Assembly: GCA_036723975.1 (NCBI GenBank)
Contig: DAIMGJ010000006.1
Coordinates: 35,944-99,943, forward strand
Direction of reading: 5' to 3'
Length of the DNA stretch: 64,000 nucleotides
Source of the DNA: Lachnospiraceae bacterium
GTDB lineage: Bacteria > Bacillota > Clostridia > Lachnospirales > Lachnospiraceae
Shown: in pieces, positions 49,155-58,111 of the stretch
Numbering within the stretch: the first letter of the stretch is position 1
Layout: each line of letters opens with the position of its first letter
Made by a program: the position numbers and the translations under genes
Notes under the pieces: model-generated
The model's database searches: none
Seen by the model: the letters and a program-made list of their open reading frames with translations, nothing else
What the model was told of the DNA's origin: nothing

Positions 49155-50522
49155 ATGACAATCAAAAAATATACCGGAAAAACAAAAGAAGAAGCTATCG
49201 AAACTGCAAAAAAAGAAATGGGCACCCAAGTCGTAATAATGAATATCAAGCAGATTAAGCCGAAGGGTGTAATCGGTATCTTTAAATCTCCGATTTACGA
49301 AGTGACGGTGGCGATTGAAGAAAATGAGTCAAATCCCGTGTTTCAGCCTGCTCCGGTCAAAGAACCGGCAATGGAGGGAAAACATTTTGATATGGTTGCG
49401 GATGAATCTTTTCATTCCGTATTAAACTCCAAGGATGTTCCTACCGCCATTGATACACTAAAAAAACCACAGTCCTATAGTGACGCTTATTCTAATACGA
49501 AGTCTTCGCCAAATCTTGGATTTAATGAGCAGGACTTAAAGAGTGCATTCCGTGAAATCAACGAAGTGATGGAAAAAAGTGAGCCTGCTTTGCAAAAAGA
49601 GACCACACCCAAGACGCCGGAACCAAAGACAGATGCTGTCAAACCTCAGGCTAAACAGGAATTTGTGCCTTTACAGAGCATGATTGCTCAAAAACCATTG
49701 AGAAATGCACCTTCTTTAGAAGCCTCTGAACAAAACAACTTCCTAAAGATGCTTTACAATATCCTAATGGATAATGAAGTTGATGAAAAGTATGTAAATC
49801 AGATTTTGGATGACCTTGGAAATGTGATTTCTCAAAGCAACAGTTTAGACTATTTGATTTCCAACGTATATCAAAAGATGGTTTTAAAGTTTGGATCTCC
49901 AAGCCCAATTACATTATCCGAAAGACGACCGAAAATTGTTTTTGTTATCGGACCTACCGGTGTTGGAAAAACAACAACCATTGCGAAAATCGCATCCAAA
50001 TTCAAATTTGAAAAGAAAAAGAATGTTGCGTTTATTACGACAGATACCTATCGAATTGCCGCTACGGAGCAGTTGAACGTATATGCAGGTATTTTATCAG
50101 CGCCTCTTTCCGTTGTTGTCGATGTAAATGATTTTAACGATGAAGTGAAAAAGTACAAGGACATGGATCTTGTTTTGGTGGATACCGCAGGATTTTCACA
50201 TAAGAATCAGGCACAGAAGGACGATTTGAAAAAGTTGTTGTCCAATATCGGGGATGCGTACGAGAAAGAAATCTTTCTTGTTCTTTCCGCGACCACAAAG
50301 TATCAGGATTTAAAGGAAATTGTTAACACGTATCAATCTTTTACAGACTTTAAGATTATATTTACAAAACTGGATGAAACATCTGCTTATGGCAATCTTT
50401 TAAACATTAAGATGTATACCGGCGCGGATTTGTCTTATGTTACTACCGGACAAAATGTTCCGGACGATATTGAAGAGATTGATTCCCAAAAAATTGTGAA
50501 AACACTTTTGGGAGGTAAGTAA
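49155..50522 (+). CDS. flhF: flagellar SRP-type GTPase FlhF
   Basis: N-terminal B-domain KKYTGKTKEEAIETAKKEMG. G1 GPTGVGKTTT, DTAG, TKLDE. Confidence 0.95.
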   Translation: MTIKKYTGKTKEEAIETAKKEMGTQVVIMNIKQIKPKGVIGIFKSPIYEVTVAIEENESNPVFQPAPVKEPAMEGKHFDMVADESFHSVLNSKDVPTAIDTLKKPQSYSDAYSNTKSSPNLGFNEQDLKSAFREINEVMEKSEPALQKETTPKTPEPKTDAVKPQAKQEFVPLQSMIAQKPLRNAPSLEASEQNNFLKMLYNILMDNEVDEKYVNQILDDLGNVISQSNSLDYLISNVYQKMVLKFGSPSPITLSERRPKIVFVIGPTGVGKTTTIAKIASKFKFEKKKNVAFITTDTYRIAATEQLNVYAGILSAPLSVVVDVNDFNDEVKKYKDMDLVLVDTAGFSHKNQAQKDDLKKLLSNIGDAYEKEIFLVLSATTKYQDLKEIVNTYQSFTDFKIIFTKLDETSAYGNLLNIKMYTGADLSYVTTGQNVPDDIEEIDSQKIVKTLLGGK

Positions 50523-51391
50523 TGGACCAGGCACAGAATTTACGAAACCTCGTAAAAGCCCAAAATGTGAATATGGTTTCTGATACAAAGATTTTTACCG
50601 TTACCTCCGGAAAAGGAGGCGTCGGTAAATCCAATACTGCGGTAAATCTGGCGGTTCAGTTTCGAAAAATGGGAAAACGTGTCATTATTTTAGATGCGGA
50701 TTTTGGAACCGCAAACGTTGAAGTTATGTTTGGAACCATTCCAAAGCACAATCTTTCTGATTTTGTCTTCGGAGATTTGGACTTAAAGGATTTGATTACG
50801 GAAGGTCCTGAGGGCATTGGTTTTATTTCCGGCGGATCCGGAATCCTTAAGTTGAATAATTTAAATAACGAACAGCTGAATGCTGTGATATATGAATTGT
50901 CCGAGCTAAACCAATATGCGGATGTACTTTTGATTGATACCGGAGCCGGGGTATCTGACACAGTATTGGATTTTGTATTGGCTTCACCGGATGTTCTTTT
51001 GGTAACAACACCGGAGCCTTCTTCGATTACGGATGCATATTCGCTTATTAAAGCTGTATATAAAAGCAACAAACCGCAAAACGAATTACCCAATATACGT
51101 TTGATTGCCAATAAAATTGTTGCGGACGACGAAGGAAACGCTGTATATGCAAAGCTTAGCTCTGTTGTACAGAAGTTTCTTGGCGGAAGTTTATCTTATC
51201 TTGGCGATGTCCCGTATGATACGGTATTGGAAAAAGCAGTACGCAACCAGCAGATTGTTTCCATAACCGCACCTACATCAAAGTCCGCAAGAGCGTATTT
51301 TGATGTAGCGAATAAATTACTTGGCAATGATATTACTAAAGATTCGCGAACAAATTTATTTCAGTTCTTTCATAGTTTTGTCAGCAAATAG
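50522..51391 (+). CDS. flhG: MinD-type ATPase FlhG (YlxH)
   Basis: N-terminal FlhF-activator motif DQAQNLR. Deviant Walker A SGKGGVGKS. TAATG overlap with flhF. Confidence 0.93.
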   Translation: MDQAQNLRNLVKAQNVNMVSDTKIFTVTSGKGGVGKSNTAVNLAVQFRKMGKRVIILDADFGTANVEVMFGTIPKHNLSDFVFGDLDLKDLITEGPEGIGFISGGSGILKLNNLNNEQLNAVIYELSELNQYADVLLIDTGAGVSDTVLDFVLASPDVLLVTTPEPSSITDAYSLIKAVYKSNKPQNELPNIRLIANKIVADDEGNAVYAKLSSVVQKFLGGSLSYLGDVPYDTVLEKAVRNQQIVSITAPTSKSARAYFDVANKLLGNDITKDSRTNLFQFFHSFVSK

Positions 51392-51399
51392 GAGAGTGT

Positions 51400-52140
51400 A
51401 TGACATTTGCAGATGTAAGACCGGGACAAAAAGTTAATATTCAAATTCTTCAGGAAGCAAACAGAGACGCCGGAAAAGGAGAGGGCTGCACACAATATCC
51501 TTCCCGGGTCTTTGATGTTTTAAAAGACGGTGTCTTGGAAATGGAGATGCCCACCAAAGAAGGAAAATTAATCCTTTTGCCTATGAACATCCGTTATGAG
51601 TTTATTTTCTATATCGATTCAGGAATATATATAGCTCAAGGAACCATTACCAATCGATTCAAACGAAAAAACTTTTTCTTACTTCATGCCAAAATTACTT
51701 CGAAATTTGTAAAATTTCAAAGAAGGCAGTATTATCGTTTGAATTGTTTTATACCTGTCGCTTTTCAGGGCTTGGATGATCGTGTGGAAGACATGGAACT
51801 GATGACGGATATTATTGATTTTTCCAAGTCGGAAGATGCTGTGCAGTATCCCAGCGCCAGAGGAGATGCTCTTGACATCAGTGGTGGCGGTATGCGCATG
51901 GTATCAAACGTGTATATTAAAGATGCGATATTTTTCTTGTTACAGTTTTATATTGATATACAAGGAAAACGTAGTATGGTAGAATTAATAGCAAGAGAAA
52001 TTGCTGTTCAAAAAATGGAAGACTCCAGCAATTACTGTTATCGTTTTAAGTTTATTTTTAAAGACTCAAAACTGCAGGAAGAGATTATTCGCTTCATTTT
52101 TGAAGAAGAGAGACGTCTTCGAAAGAAAGAACAGGGGTAG
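51400..52140 (+). CDS. PilZ domain c-di-GMP receptor (YcgR/MotI-type flagellar brake)
   Basis: RRQYYR (RxxxR) and DISGGG (DxSxxG) motifs with correct spacing, preceded by a YcgR-N-like beta-barrel. Confidence 0.8.
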   Translation: MTFADVRPGQKVNIQILQEANRDAGKGEGCTQYPSRVFDVLKDGVLEMEMPTKEGKLILLPMNIRYEFIFYIDSGIYIAQGTITNRFKRKNFFLLHAKITSKFVKFQRRQYYRLNCFIPVAFQGLDDRVEDMELMTDIIDFSKSEDAVQYPSARGDALDISGGGMRMVSNVYIKDAIFFLLQFYIDIQGKRSMVELIAREIAVQKMEDSSNYCYRFKFIFKDSKLQEEIIRFIFEEERRLRKKEQG

Positions 52141-52142
52141 AG

Positions 52143-53234
52143 ATGTATCGGGTTTTAGTAGTAGATGATTCTGCACTCATGAGAAAGCTCATGTGTGATA
52201 TAATCAATTCCATACAAGGGTTCGAGGTTGTTGATGTATGCTCGGACGGACAGAGTGCATATCGTAGAATTTCCGAATTCGGCAGTTTTGATGTTATTAC
52301 GATGAATGTTTCTCTTCCAAGGATGGACGGGCTTGAAGTTATGCGCAAGCTTCAATCAGACGGAAATCGCATTCCAATTATTGCAATATCCGCATCCGTA
52401 AAAGAGGATCGAGACTTGACTGTCAAAGCCTTTGAGTTAGGGGCTGTTGAATTCGTTGTTCGACCGTTTCATCTGTCATCGGACGAACGTGATGCATTTA
52501 CAGACGAATTAAAAGAAGCGCTTAGCGCTGCGACAAAATCCAATATTGACGTGCTGGGCAAGCAGGCTTCACCCGCTCAATCGAAGCCTACACCTGTCAA
52601 AGAATCCGCAATCGTTACTCCTATGGCTGTTAAACCAGCAGGAAGTATATCGGGTAAATTTGATTTATTGGCTATAGCCTCATCCACCGGAGGTCCGCAA
52701 GCCCTTAGAACATTTATCCCTATGCTGCCAAAGAGACTTGGAGTACCGGGTGTTGTTGTCCAACATATGCCAAAGGGATTTACCGCATCTTTAGCAGAGC
52801 GCATCAGTGAATCTTCAAATGTGTTGATGAAAGAAGCAGAAGACAACGAAGTTTTAAAAAATGACGTTATTTACATTGCTCCCGGCGGGAAACATCTTGA
52901 AATCAAGATGAACAGTTCCGGAAAAATGTTTGCTTCTCTTTCGGATGCACCTGCGGTAAACAATCTTAAACCTTGTGCCGATGTAACATTCCGCACAATT
53001 TCCAAACTGCCTATTAAAAGTGTGCTTTGTGTCGTGCTCACCGGAATGGGAAGTGACGGAACGGAAGGAATCAAAGAAATTCGCGCTACAAAAAACACAT
53101 ATTGCATAACCCAAAGCGCAGACACTTGTGTGGTTTATGGTATGCCTAAGGCAGCCGACCAGGCCGGTTTATCTAATGAATCGGTTCCAATTACGGAAGT
53201 GGCAGATAGGGTTGCAAAGAAACTGGGGGTCTAA
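52143..53234 (+). CDS. cheB: chemotaxis methylesterase/deamidase CheB
   Basis: Receiver domain (VLVVDDSALMR...) plus esterase domain with ASSTGGPQAL and TGMGSDG. Confidence 0.96.
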   Translation: MYRVLVVDDSALMRKLMCDIINSIQGFEVVDVCSDGQSAYRRISEFGSFDVITMNVSLPRMDGLEVMRKLQSDGNRIPIIAISASVKEDRDLTVKAFELGAVEFVVRPFHLSSDERDAFTDELKEALSAATKSNIDVLGKQASPAQSKPTPVKESAIVTPMAVKPAGSISGKFDLLAIASSTGGPQALRTFIPMLPKRLGVPGVVVQHMPKGFTASLAERISESSNVLMKEAEDNEVLKNDVIYIAPGGKHLEIKMNSSGKMFASLSDAPAVNNLKPCADVTFRTISKLPIKSVLCVVLTGMGSDGTEGIKEIRATKNTYCITQSADTCVVYGMPKAADQAGLSNESVPITEVADRVAKKLGV

Positions 53235-53237
53235 AAG

Positions 53238-55385
53238 ATGGATGTAAGTCAATACCTCGATATTTTTATCGACGAAACAAGTGAACACATTCAGTCTCTG
53301 AGTGATGGAATTATGGTCTTGGAGAGTGAACCGGAAAACAAAGACACAATTAACGAGATTTTCCGTGCGGCGCACTCCTTAAAGGGTATGGCCGGTACCA
53401 TGGGATTCAAGCGCATGCAGCATTTGACCCATGACATGGAGGATGTTTTCTCTGAAGTACGTAATGACAACATTAAGGTCGACAGCGAAATGATCGATCT
53501 TTTGTTTAATTGCTTGGATGCTATTGAGGCATACCTTGATTCAGTGAAGGCAACATCTGACGAAGGTACAGAAGACAACGAAGTCCTCATCAAGAAACTG
53601 AATGCATACCTGGATGGAAGTCGTGAATCCGGCGGAAATTCTGCACAAACTCCAACGGAAGAAAACGTAGGAGAAAGCACAGAAGAAACTGCAGAAGCTT
53701 CAGGATCTTCTGATCCGAATGATTCAAATGGCGTTGATCATTACAAAGTAATTAAAATCAGTGAAAATGATATTTCCAAGATACGTGAAGCTTCAGAAGG
53801 TGGTTTAAATGTTTACGGATTAACCGTTCACATTGAAAAAGAATGCTTACTGAAGGCTGCTCGCGCTTTTTTGGTGTTCAAAGCTTTGGAAGATTTTGGT
53901 GAGACGGTTTGCTCCGACCCATCTTCTTCCGACATTGAAGATGAAAAATTTGACTTGGCATTTTCAGTTATTCTAGCTACTGAATCTACAGATATTGAAG
54001 CGATTAAAGCCGCTGTTGGTGCGGTTTCCGAAATTGAATCTGTAGATATCGGCGCAGTTACTGCAGATATGTACGAAAAAGCAGAAGAGGATGCACCCGC
54101 TGCGGAGCCTGCAGAAGCAAAGGCTGCACCGGTGGCTGCTCCAAAAGCAGAAACACCTGCACCTGCCGCAAAGAAAGGTTCGGCGCCTGCAGCAGCAAAG
54201 AAGGCTGCTAACAAGCCTGTAACAGCCAGAACGGTTCGTGTGGATATCGAAAAACTTGATGCCCTTATGAATCAGGTGTCTGAGCTTATTATTGCAAAGA
54301 ACTCTATTGTTTCCATCAGTTCTCAAAATGACGCTTCATCCAACCTGGATTCAGGAAGCTTGCATGAACAGATTGAATATTTGGAGAGAATCACCACAAA
54401 CCTTCACGAATCCGTTATGAAGGTTCGAATGGTACCGATTGAAAGTACAGTTAACAAGTTCCCGCGTATGATTCGTGACTTGTCGCGTAAGTTAAACAAA
54501 CCGATGGAACTTACCATGTCAGGTGAAGAGACAGAGTTGGATCGTACCGTAGTGGATCAGATTGGTGATCCGTTACAGCATTTGCTTCGTAACTCAGCCG
54601 ATCATGGTATTGAAGCTCCTGATGTACGTAAAGCTGCAGGAAAGCCTGAAGAAGGAACGATTTTCTTGAACGCTTTCCAGGAAGGAAACAACGTAATTAT
54701 TCAGGTTGGTGACGATGGTGCCGGTATTGATACCGAACGCGTTTTAAACAAAGCAATTGAACGAGGACTTGTTTCTGAAGAAGAAGCCGGTAACCTTACA
54801 CAGAAAGAAATCATCGATTTCTTATTTATGCCTTCTTTCTCAATGGCAAAAGAAATCACCGATATTTCCGGACGTGGTGTAGGTCTTGATGTTGTTAAAT
54901 CCAACATCGAAGCATTGGGCGGTGACGTAGAAGTTAAATCCGTACTTGGACAGGGCTCCACATTTACCGTTCGACTTCCGCTTACTCTTGCAATCATCCA
55001 GGCATTGATGGTTGAAGTACGTAATGAGAAGTATGCAATTGCTCTCGGAAGCATTATGACCATCGAGGATATTTCTGTTAATGATATTAAATACGTGGAA
55101 GCAAAGGAAGTTATCCATTTAAGAGGACTTGTTATTCCGATTATTCGTTTGGATCAGCTTCTTGACTGCGAACCGAGTGATGAGAATCCTGAGAATCTTA
55201 CGGTTGTCGTTGTTAAGAAAGGTGATAATTACGCAGGTCTTGTTGTTGATAATCTTATGGGACAACAGGAAATCGTTATTAAATCCCTTGGTAAGGTCAT
55301 CGAGAACAATAAGATTATTTCCGGTGCTACTATCCTTGGTGATGGTGAAGTCGCATTGATTATTGATGTAAATGCATTGATTTAA
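53238..55385 (+). CDS. cheA: chemotaxis histidine kinase CheA
   Basis: Hpt H-box AAHSLKGMAG, Ala/Pro linker, dimerisation domain, HATPase (DDGAGID, GRGVGLD), CheW-like P5. Confidence 0.98.
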   Translation: MDVSQYLDIFIDETSEHIQSLSDGIMVLESEPENKDTINEIFRAAHSLKGMAGTMGFKRMQHLTHDMEDVFSEVRNDNIKVDSEMIDLLFNCLDAIEAYLDSVKATSDEGTEDNEVLIKKLNAYLDGSRESGGNSAQTPTEENVGESTEETAEASGSSDPNDSNGVDHYKVIKISENDISKIREASEGGLNVYGLTVHIEKECLLKAARAFLVFKALEDFGETVCSDPSSSDIEDEKFDLAFSVILATESTDIEAIKAAVGAVSEIESVDIGAVTADMYEKAEEDAPAAEPAEAKAAPVAAPKAETPAPAAKKGSAPAAAKKAANKPVTARTVRVDIEKLDALMNQVSELIIAKNSIVSISSQNDASSNLDSGSLHEQIEYLERITTNLHESVMKVRMVPIESTVNKFPRMIRDLSRKLNKPMELTMSGEETELDRTVVDQIGDPLQHLLRNSADHGIEAPDVRKAAGKPEEGTIFLNAFQEGNNVIIQVGDDGAGIDTERVLNKAIERGLVSEEEAGNLTQKEIIDFLFMPSFSMAKEITDISGRGVGLDVVKSNIEALGGDVEVKSVLGQGSTFTVRLPLTLAIIQALMVEVRNEKYAIALGSIMTIEDISVNDIKYVEAKEVIHLRGLVIPIIRLDQLLDCEPSDENPENLTVVVVKKGDNYAGLVVDNLMGQQEIVIKSLGKVIENNKIISGATILGDGEVALIIDVNALI

Positions 55386-55400
55386 GGGGAGGTTATTACC

Positions 55401-55865
55401 ATGGCAAATGAATTAGAAATGACGGAAGAGGAGAAAATCCAATATATCGTCGTTAAAATCGGTAGTGAACATTATGGTATTAACATTTCTTTAGTTGATA
55501 ACATTGTTCGTATGCAAAAAATTACTCGTGTACCAAAGGTGCCGGCTTATTATCCGGGTATTATTAACCTTCGTGGTGAGATTGTTCCGGTTATGAGTGC
55601 ACGTATTAAAATGGGATTGGGTGAGGATATCATTACCAATCAGTCCCGCATCATTATATTAAAACTAGAAGTTCAGGGTTTGGTAGGAATCGTTGTGGAT
55701 GCCGTCAGAGAAGTTATTACGTTAGGCGAATCCGAAATTGATCGTACCGCTCAGAATTCAAAAAAACAGGATACAACTTACATCAACGGTATCGGTAAGA
55801 ACGGAGATGAACTTATCTCTATTTTTGATATCAATTCTATTATTGACGAGGTATCCGTTTCATAA
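55401..55865 (+). CDS. cheW: chemotaxis coupling protein CheW
   Basis: 154 aa, GIINLRGEIVPV motif. Confidence 0.95.
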   Translation: MANELEMTEEEKIQYIVVKIGSEHYGINISLVDNIVRMQKITRVPKVPAYYPGIINLRGEIVPVMSARIKMGLGEDIITNQSRIIILKLEVQGLVGIVVDAVREVITLGESEIDRTAQNSKKQDTTYINGIGKNGDELISIFDINSIIDEVSVS

Positions 55866-55879
55866 AAGGGGTTTATATT

Positions 55880-56500
55880 ATGTCAGATATCAGTGTAGAA
55901 GAGATTAATGACAAATATCTCGACGTGCTGAAAGAAATTGGTAATATTGGTGCCGGAAACGCAACCACTGCCATTGCCAATATGCTTTCCATGACCATCG
56001 ATATGAATGTTCCCATGGTTGATTTGACACCTGTGGAAAAAATCGGTGGCATGCTTGGCTCGGAAGAAGATATTATAGTTGGCATTATGCTTGAGGTTTC
56101 CAGTGATATTACAGGTTCCATGATGTTTCTTCTGGATATGGAATCTGCTCATCACTTGGTAAATCGAATGATGATGAGAGATCCGGATTACAATGCCGAT
56201 TTTGATGAGATGGATTTATCCGCTATCAAAGAAATCGGAAATATTATTGCAGGAGCTTATCTTAGCGCTTTATCCGGGCTTACAAATCTTACGATTACAC
56301 CTTCTATTCCTTATGTTGCGGTGGATATGGCAGCGGCCATTCTATCTGTACCGGCAATTCAGTTTGGAATGGTCAGTGATAATGCGTTGATTATTAAGAC
56401 GGAGATTGGCGGAGAGTCATCAATTAACGGTTATTTTATTTTGATGCCTGAAGGGGATTCCTATGCAAAGATATTACAGGCATTAGGTATACCAATTTAA
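55880..56500 (+). CDS. cheC: CheY-P phosphatase CheC
   Basis: Two pseudo-repeats, EIGNIGAGNATTAIA and EIGNIIAGAYLSAL. Confidence 0.93.
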   Translation: MSDISVEEINDKYLDVLKEIGNIGAGNATTAIANMLSMTIDMNVPMVDLTPVEKIGGMLGSEEDIIVGIMLEVSSDITGSMMFLLDMESAHHLVNRMMMRDPDYNADFDEMDLSAIKEIGNIIAGAYLSALSGLTNLTITPSIPYVAVDMAAAILSVPAIQFGMVSDNALIIKTEIGGESSINGYFILMPEGDSYAKILQALGIPI

Positions 56501-56521
56501 TAGTAAAGGGGATTGCTTACT

Positions 56522-57010
56522 ATGGGACAAATGATTAAGGTCGGAATGGCAGATCTGAAAGTTTGTAAGCCACCAGATAACCTTACTACAATTGGTTTGG
56601 GGTCTTGTATTGGGATTGCACTATATGATCCATCTACAAAAATAACTGGGTTGGCTCACATAATGTTGCCGGATAGTACCGCTATTCGAAACAATTCGAA
56701 TATTGCTAAATTTGCCGACACGGGAATACAAAAACTATATGACGACATGATTGCCATGGGTGCCAATAAGACACGCATTGTCGCAAAGATTGCAGGGGGA
56801 GCAAAAATGTTTGCTCTTTCCAATGAAAATGCAGCAAGTATTAATGTCGGCGAAAAAAATGCACAGGCCAGTCGTGATAAACTAAAACAGCTTGGTATTC
56901 GATTATTGGCAGAGGATTGCGGTTTAAACTTTGGACGAACGGTTGAATTATACAGTGAAGACGGACGATATTTGATTAAAGCCGTTGGAAAAGAAGAAAA
57001 GGCAATATAG
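56522..57010 (+). CDS. cheD: chemoreceptor glutamine deamidase CheD
   Basis: GLGSCIGIALYD catalytic Cys, LAHIMLP, NVGEKN. Confidence 0.94.
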   Translation: MGQMIKVGMADLKVCKPPDNLTTIGLGSCIGIALYDPSTKITGLAHIMLPDSTAIRNNSNIAKFADTGIQKLYDDMIAMGANKTRIVAKIAGGAKMFALSNENAASINVGEKNAQASRDKLKQLGIRLLAEDCGLNFGRTVELYSEDGRYLIKAVGKEEKAI

Positions 57011-57028
57011 ACTGGAAGTTCTGAATTT

Positions 57029-57313
57029 ATGAATCAAGAAAAAAAAATAAAATATTTGCCTCTGCTTGTAACATTGATTGCAGCCGCACTAACTGCATTA
57101 ATCAATTTAATTTTACAGGTAGAATTCGTGATATTCTTTAAACGTATATTCTTCAGTATAATCATTTTCTATGTATTGGGATCGATTGTACAAATCGTTT
57201 TTAGGATAGCACTCGATAAAAAAGATGATGTGGGAATATTAGAATCCGAAGCCGAGGAATCTGAGCCTTCCGAAGAAGATGAAGACGAAGAAGAATCGGA
57301 AGAAGATGAATAA
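57029..57313 (+). CDS. small two-TM membrane protein with poly-acidic tail (unknown function)
   Basis: 94-aa ORF tightly packed between cheD and sigD. Two hydrophobic helices, then ESEAEESEPSEEDEDEEESEEDE. Confidence 0.55.
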   Translation: MNQEKKIKYLPLLVTLIAAALTALINLILQVEFVIFFKRIFFSIIIFYVLGSIVQIVFRIALDKKDDVGILESEAEESEPSEEDEDEEESEEDE

Positions 57314-57330
57314 TTTCCGGGAGACCAGAT

Positions 57331-58101
57331 ATGAACGATGCTTTGCGACAAAAAATGTGGGATGAGTATCAGGCGAAACCAACGCCCGAATTACGAGAAA
57401 AGATTATCGTTGAATATGCTCCGCTTGTAAAGATTGTTGCCGGTAAGATGAACATGTACCTGGGTAGCAATGTTGAATATGATGATTTGGTGGGATATGG
57501 CGTTTTCGGACTGATTGACGCTATTGATAAGTATGATTTGACGAAGGATGTTAAATTTGAAACTTATGCCAGTTTACGAATCAAAGGAGCAATTTTAGAT
57601 CAGATTCGTAAGATGGATTGGATTCCCAGAACCATCCGACAAAAACAAAAAAAGATTGACGAAGCAACCAAGAGTGTTGAGTCACGCACCGGTAAGGCTG
57701 CTTCCGAAGATGAAATAGCGGAAGAATTAGGCTTGTCATCCAAGGAATATTTGGACTGGCAATCTCAAATGAAGGTTACAAATCTGGTTTCTTTAAATGA
57801 ATTTATGGAGGCCGGAAATGAGCCGGCCGTAGATTCAGCTACATCAAGTTCTCACTTTATTCAGCCTGAGGAGTCCATCTCAAAAGATGAATTGTCTAAG
57901 ATGCTGACGGAAGCTTTGGAACTTTTAACAGAAAAAGAAAAGTCTGTTATTGTTTTCTATTATTACGAAGACTTAAACTTAAAAGAAATTGCAAATGTAA
58001 TGGAAGTCTCTGAGTCAAGAGTATCTCAATTACATACAAAAGCTTTACTTAAAATGAGGAAAAAACTAGGACCGTATATGAATATTCTTACGGAATCCTA
58101 G
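57331..58101 (+). CDS. sigD: flagellar sigma factor SigD/FliA (sigma-28)
   Basis: Region 2 DLVGYGVFGLIDAIDKYD, region 3, region 4 LKEIANVMEVSESRVSQLHTKALLKMR. Position after cheD as in B. subtilis. Confidence 0.96.
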   Translation: MNDALRQKMWDEYQAKPTPELREKIIVEYAPLVKIVAGKMNMYLGSNVEYDDLVGYGVFGLIDAIDKYDLTKDVKFETYASLRIKGAILDQIRKMDWIPRTIRQKQKKIDEATKSVESRTGKAASEDEIAEELGLSSKEYLDWQSQMKVTNLVSLNEFMEAGNEPAVDSATSSSHFIQPEESISKDELSKMLTEALELLTEKEKSVIVFYYYEDLNLKEIANVMEVSESRVSQLHTKALLKMRKKLGPYMNILTES

Positions 58102-58111
58102 GGAGGGGACT

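Noticed and set aside
50656-51111. 151-aa minus-strand ORF
   Set aside because: It is antisense to flhG. The same reasoning applies to the other 60-150-aa minus-strand ORFs inside groEL, miaB, recG, comM, topA, cheA, flhA and others.
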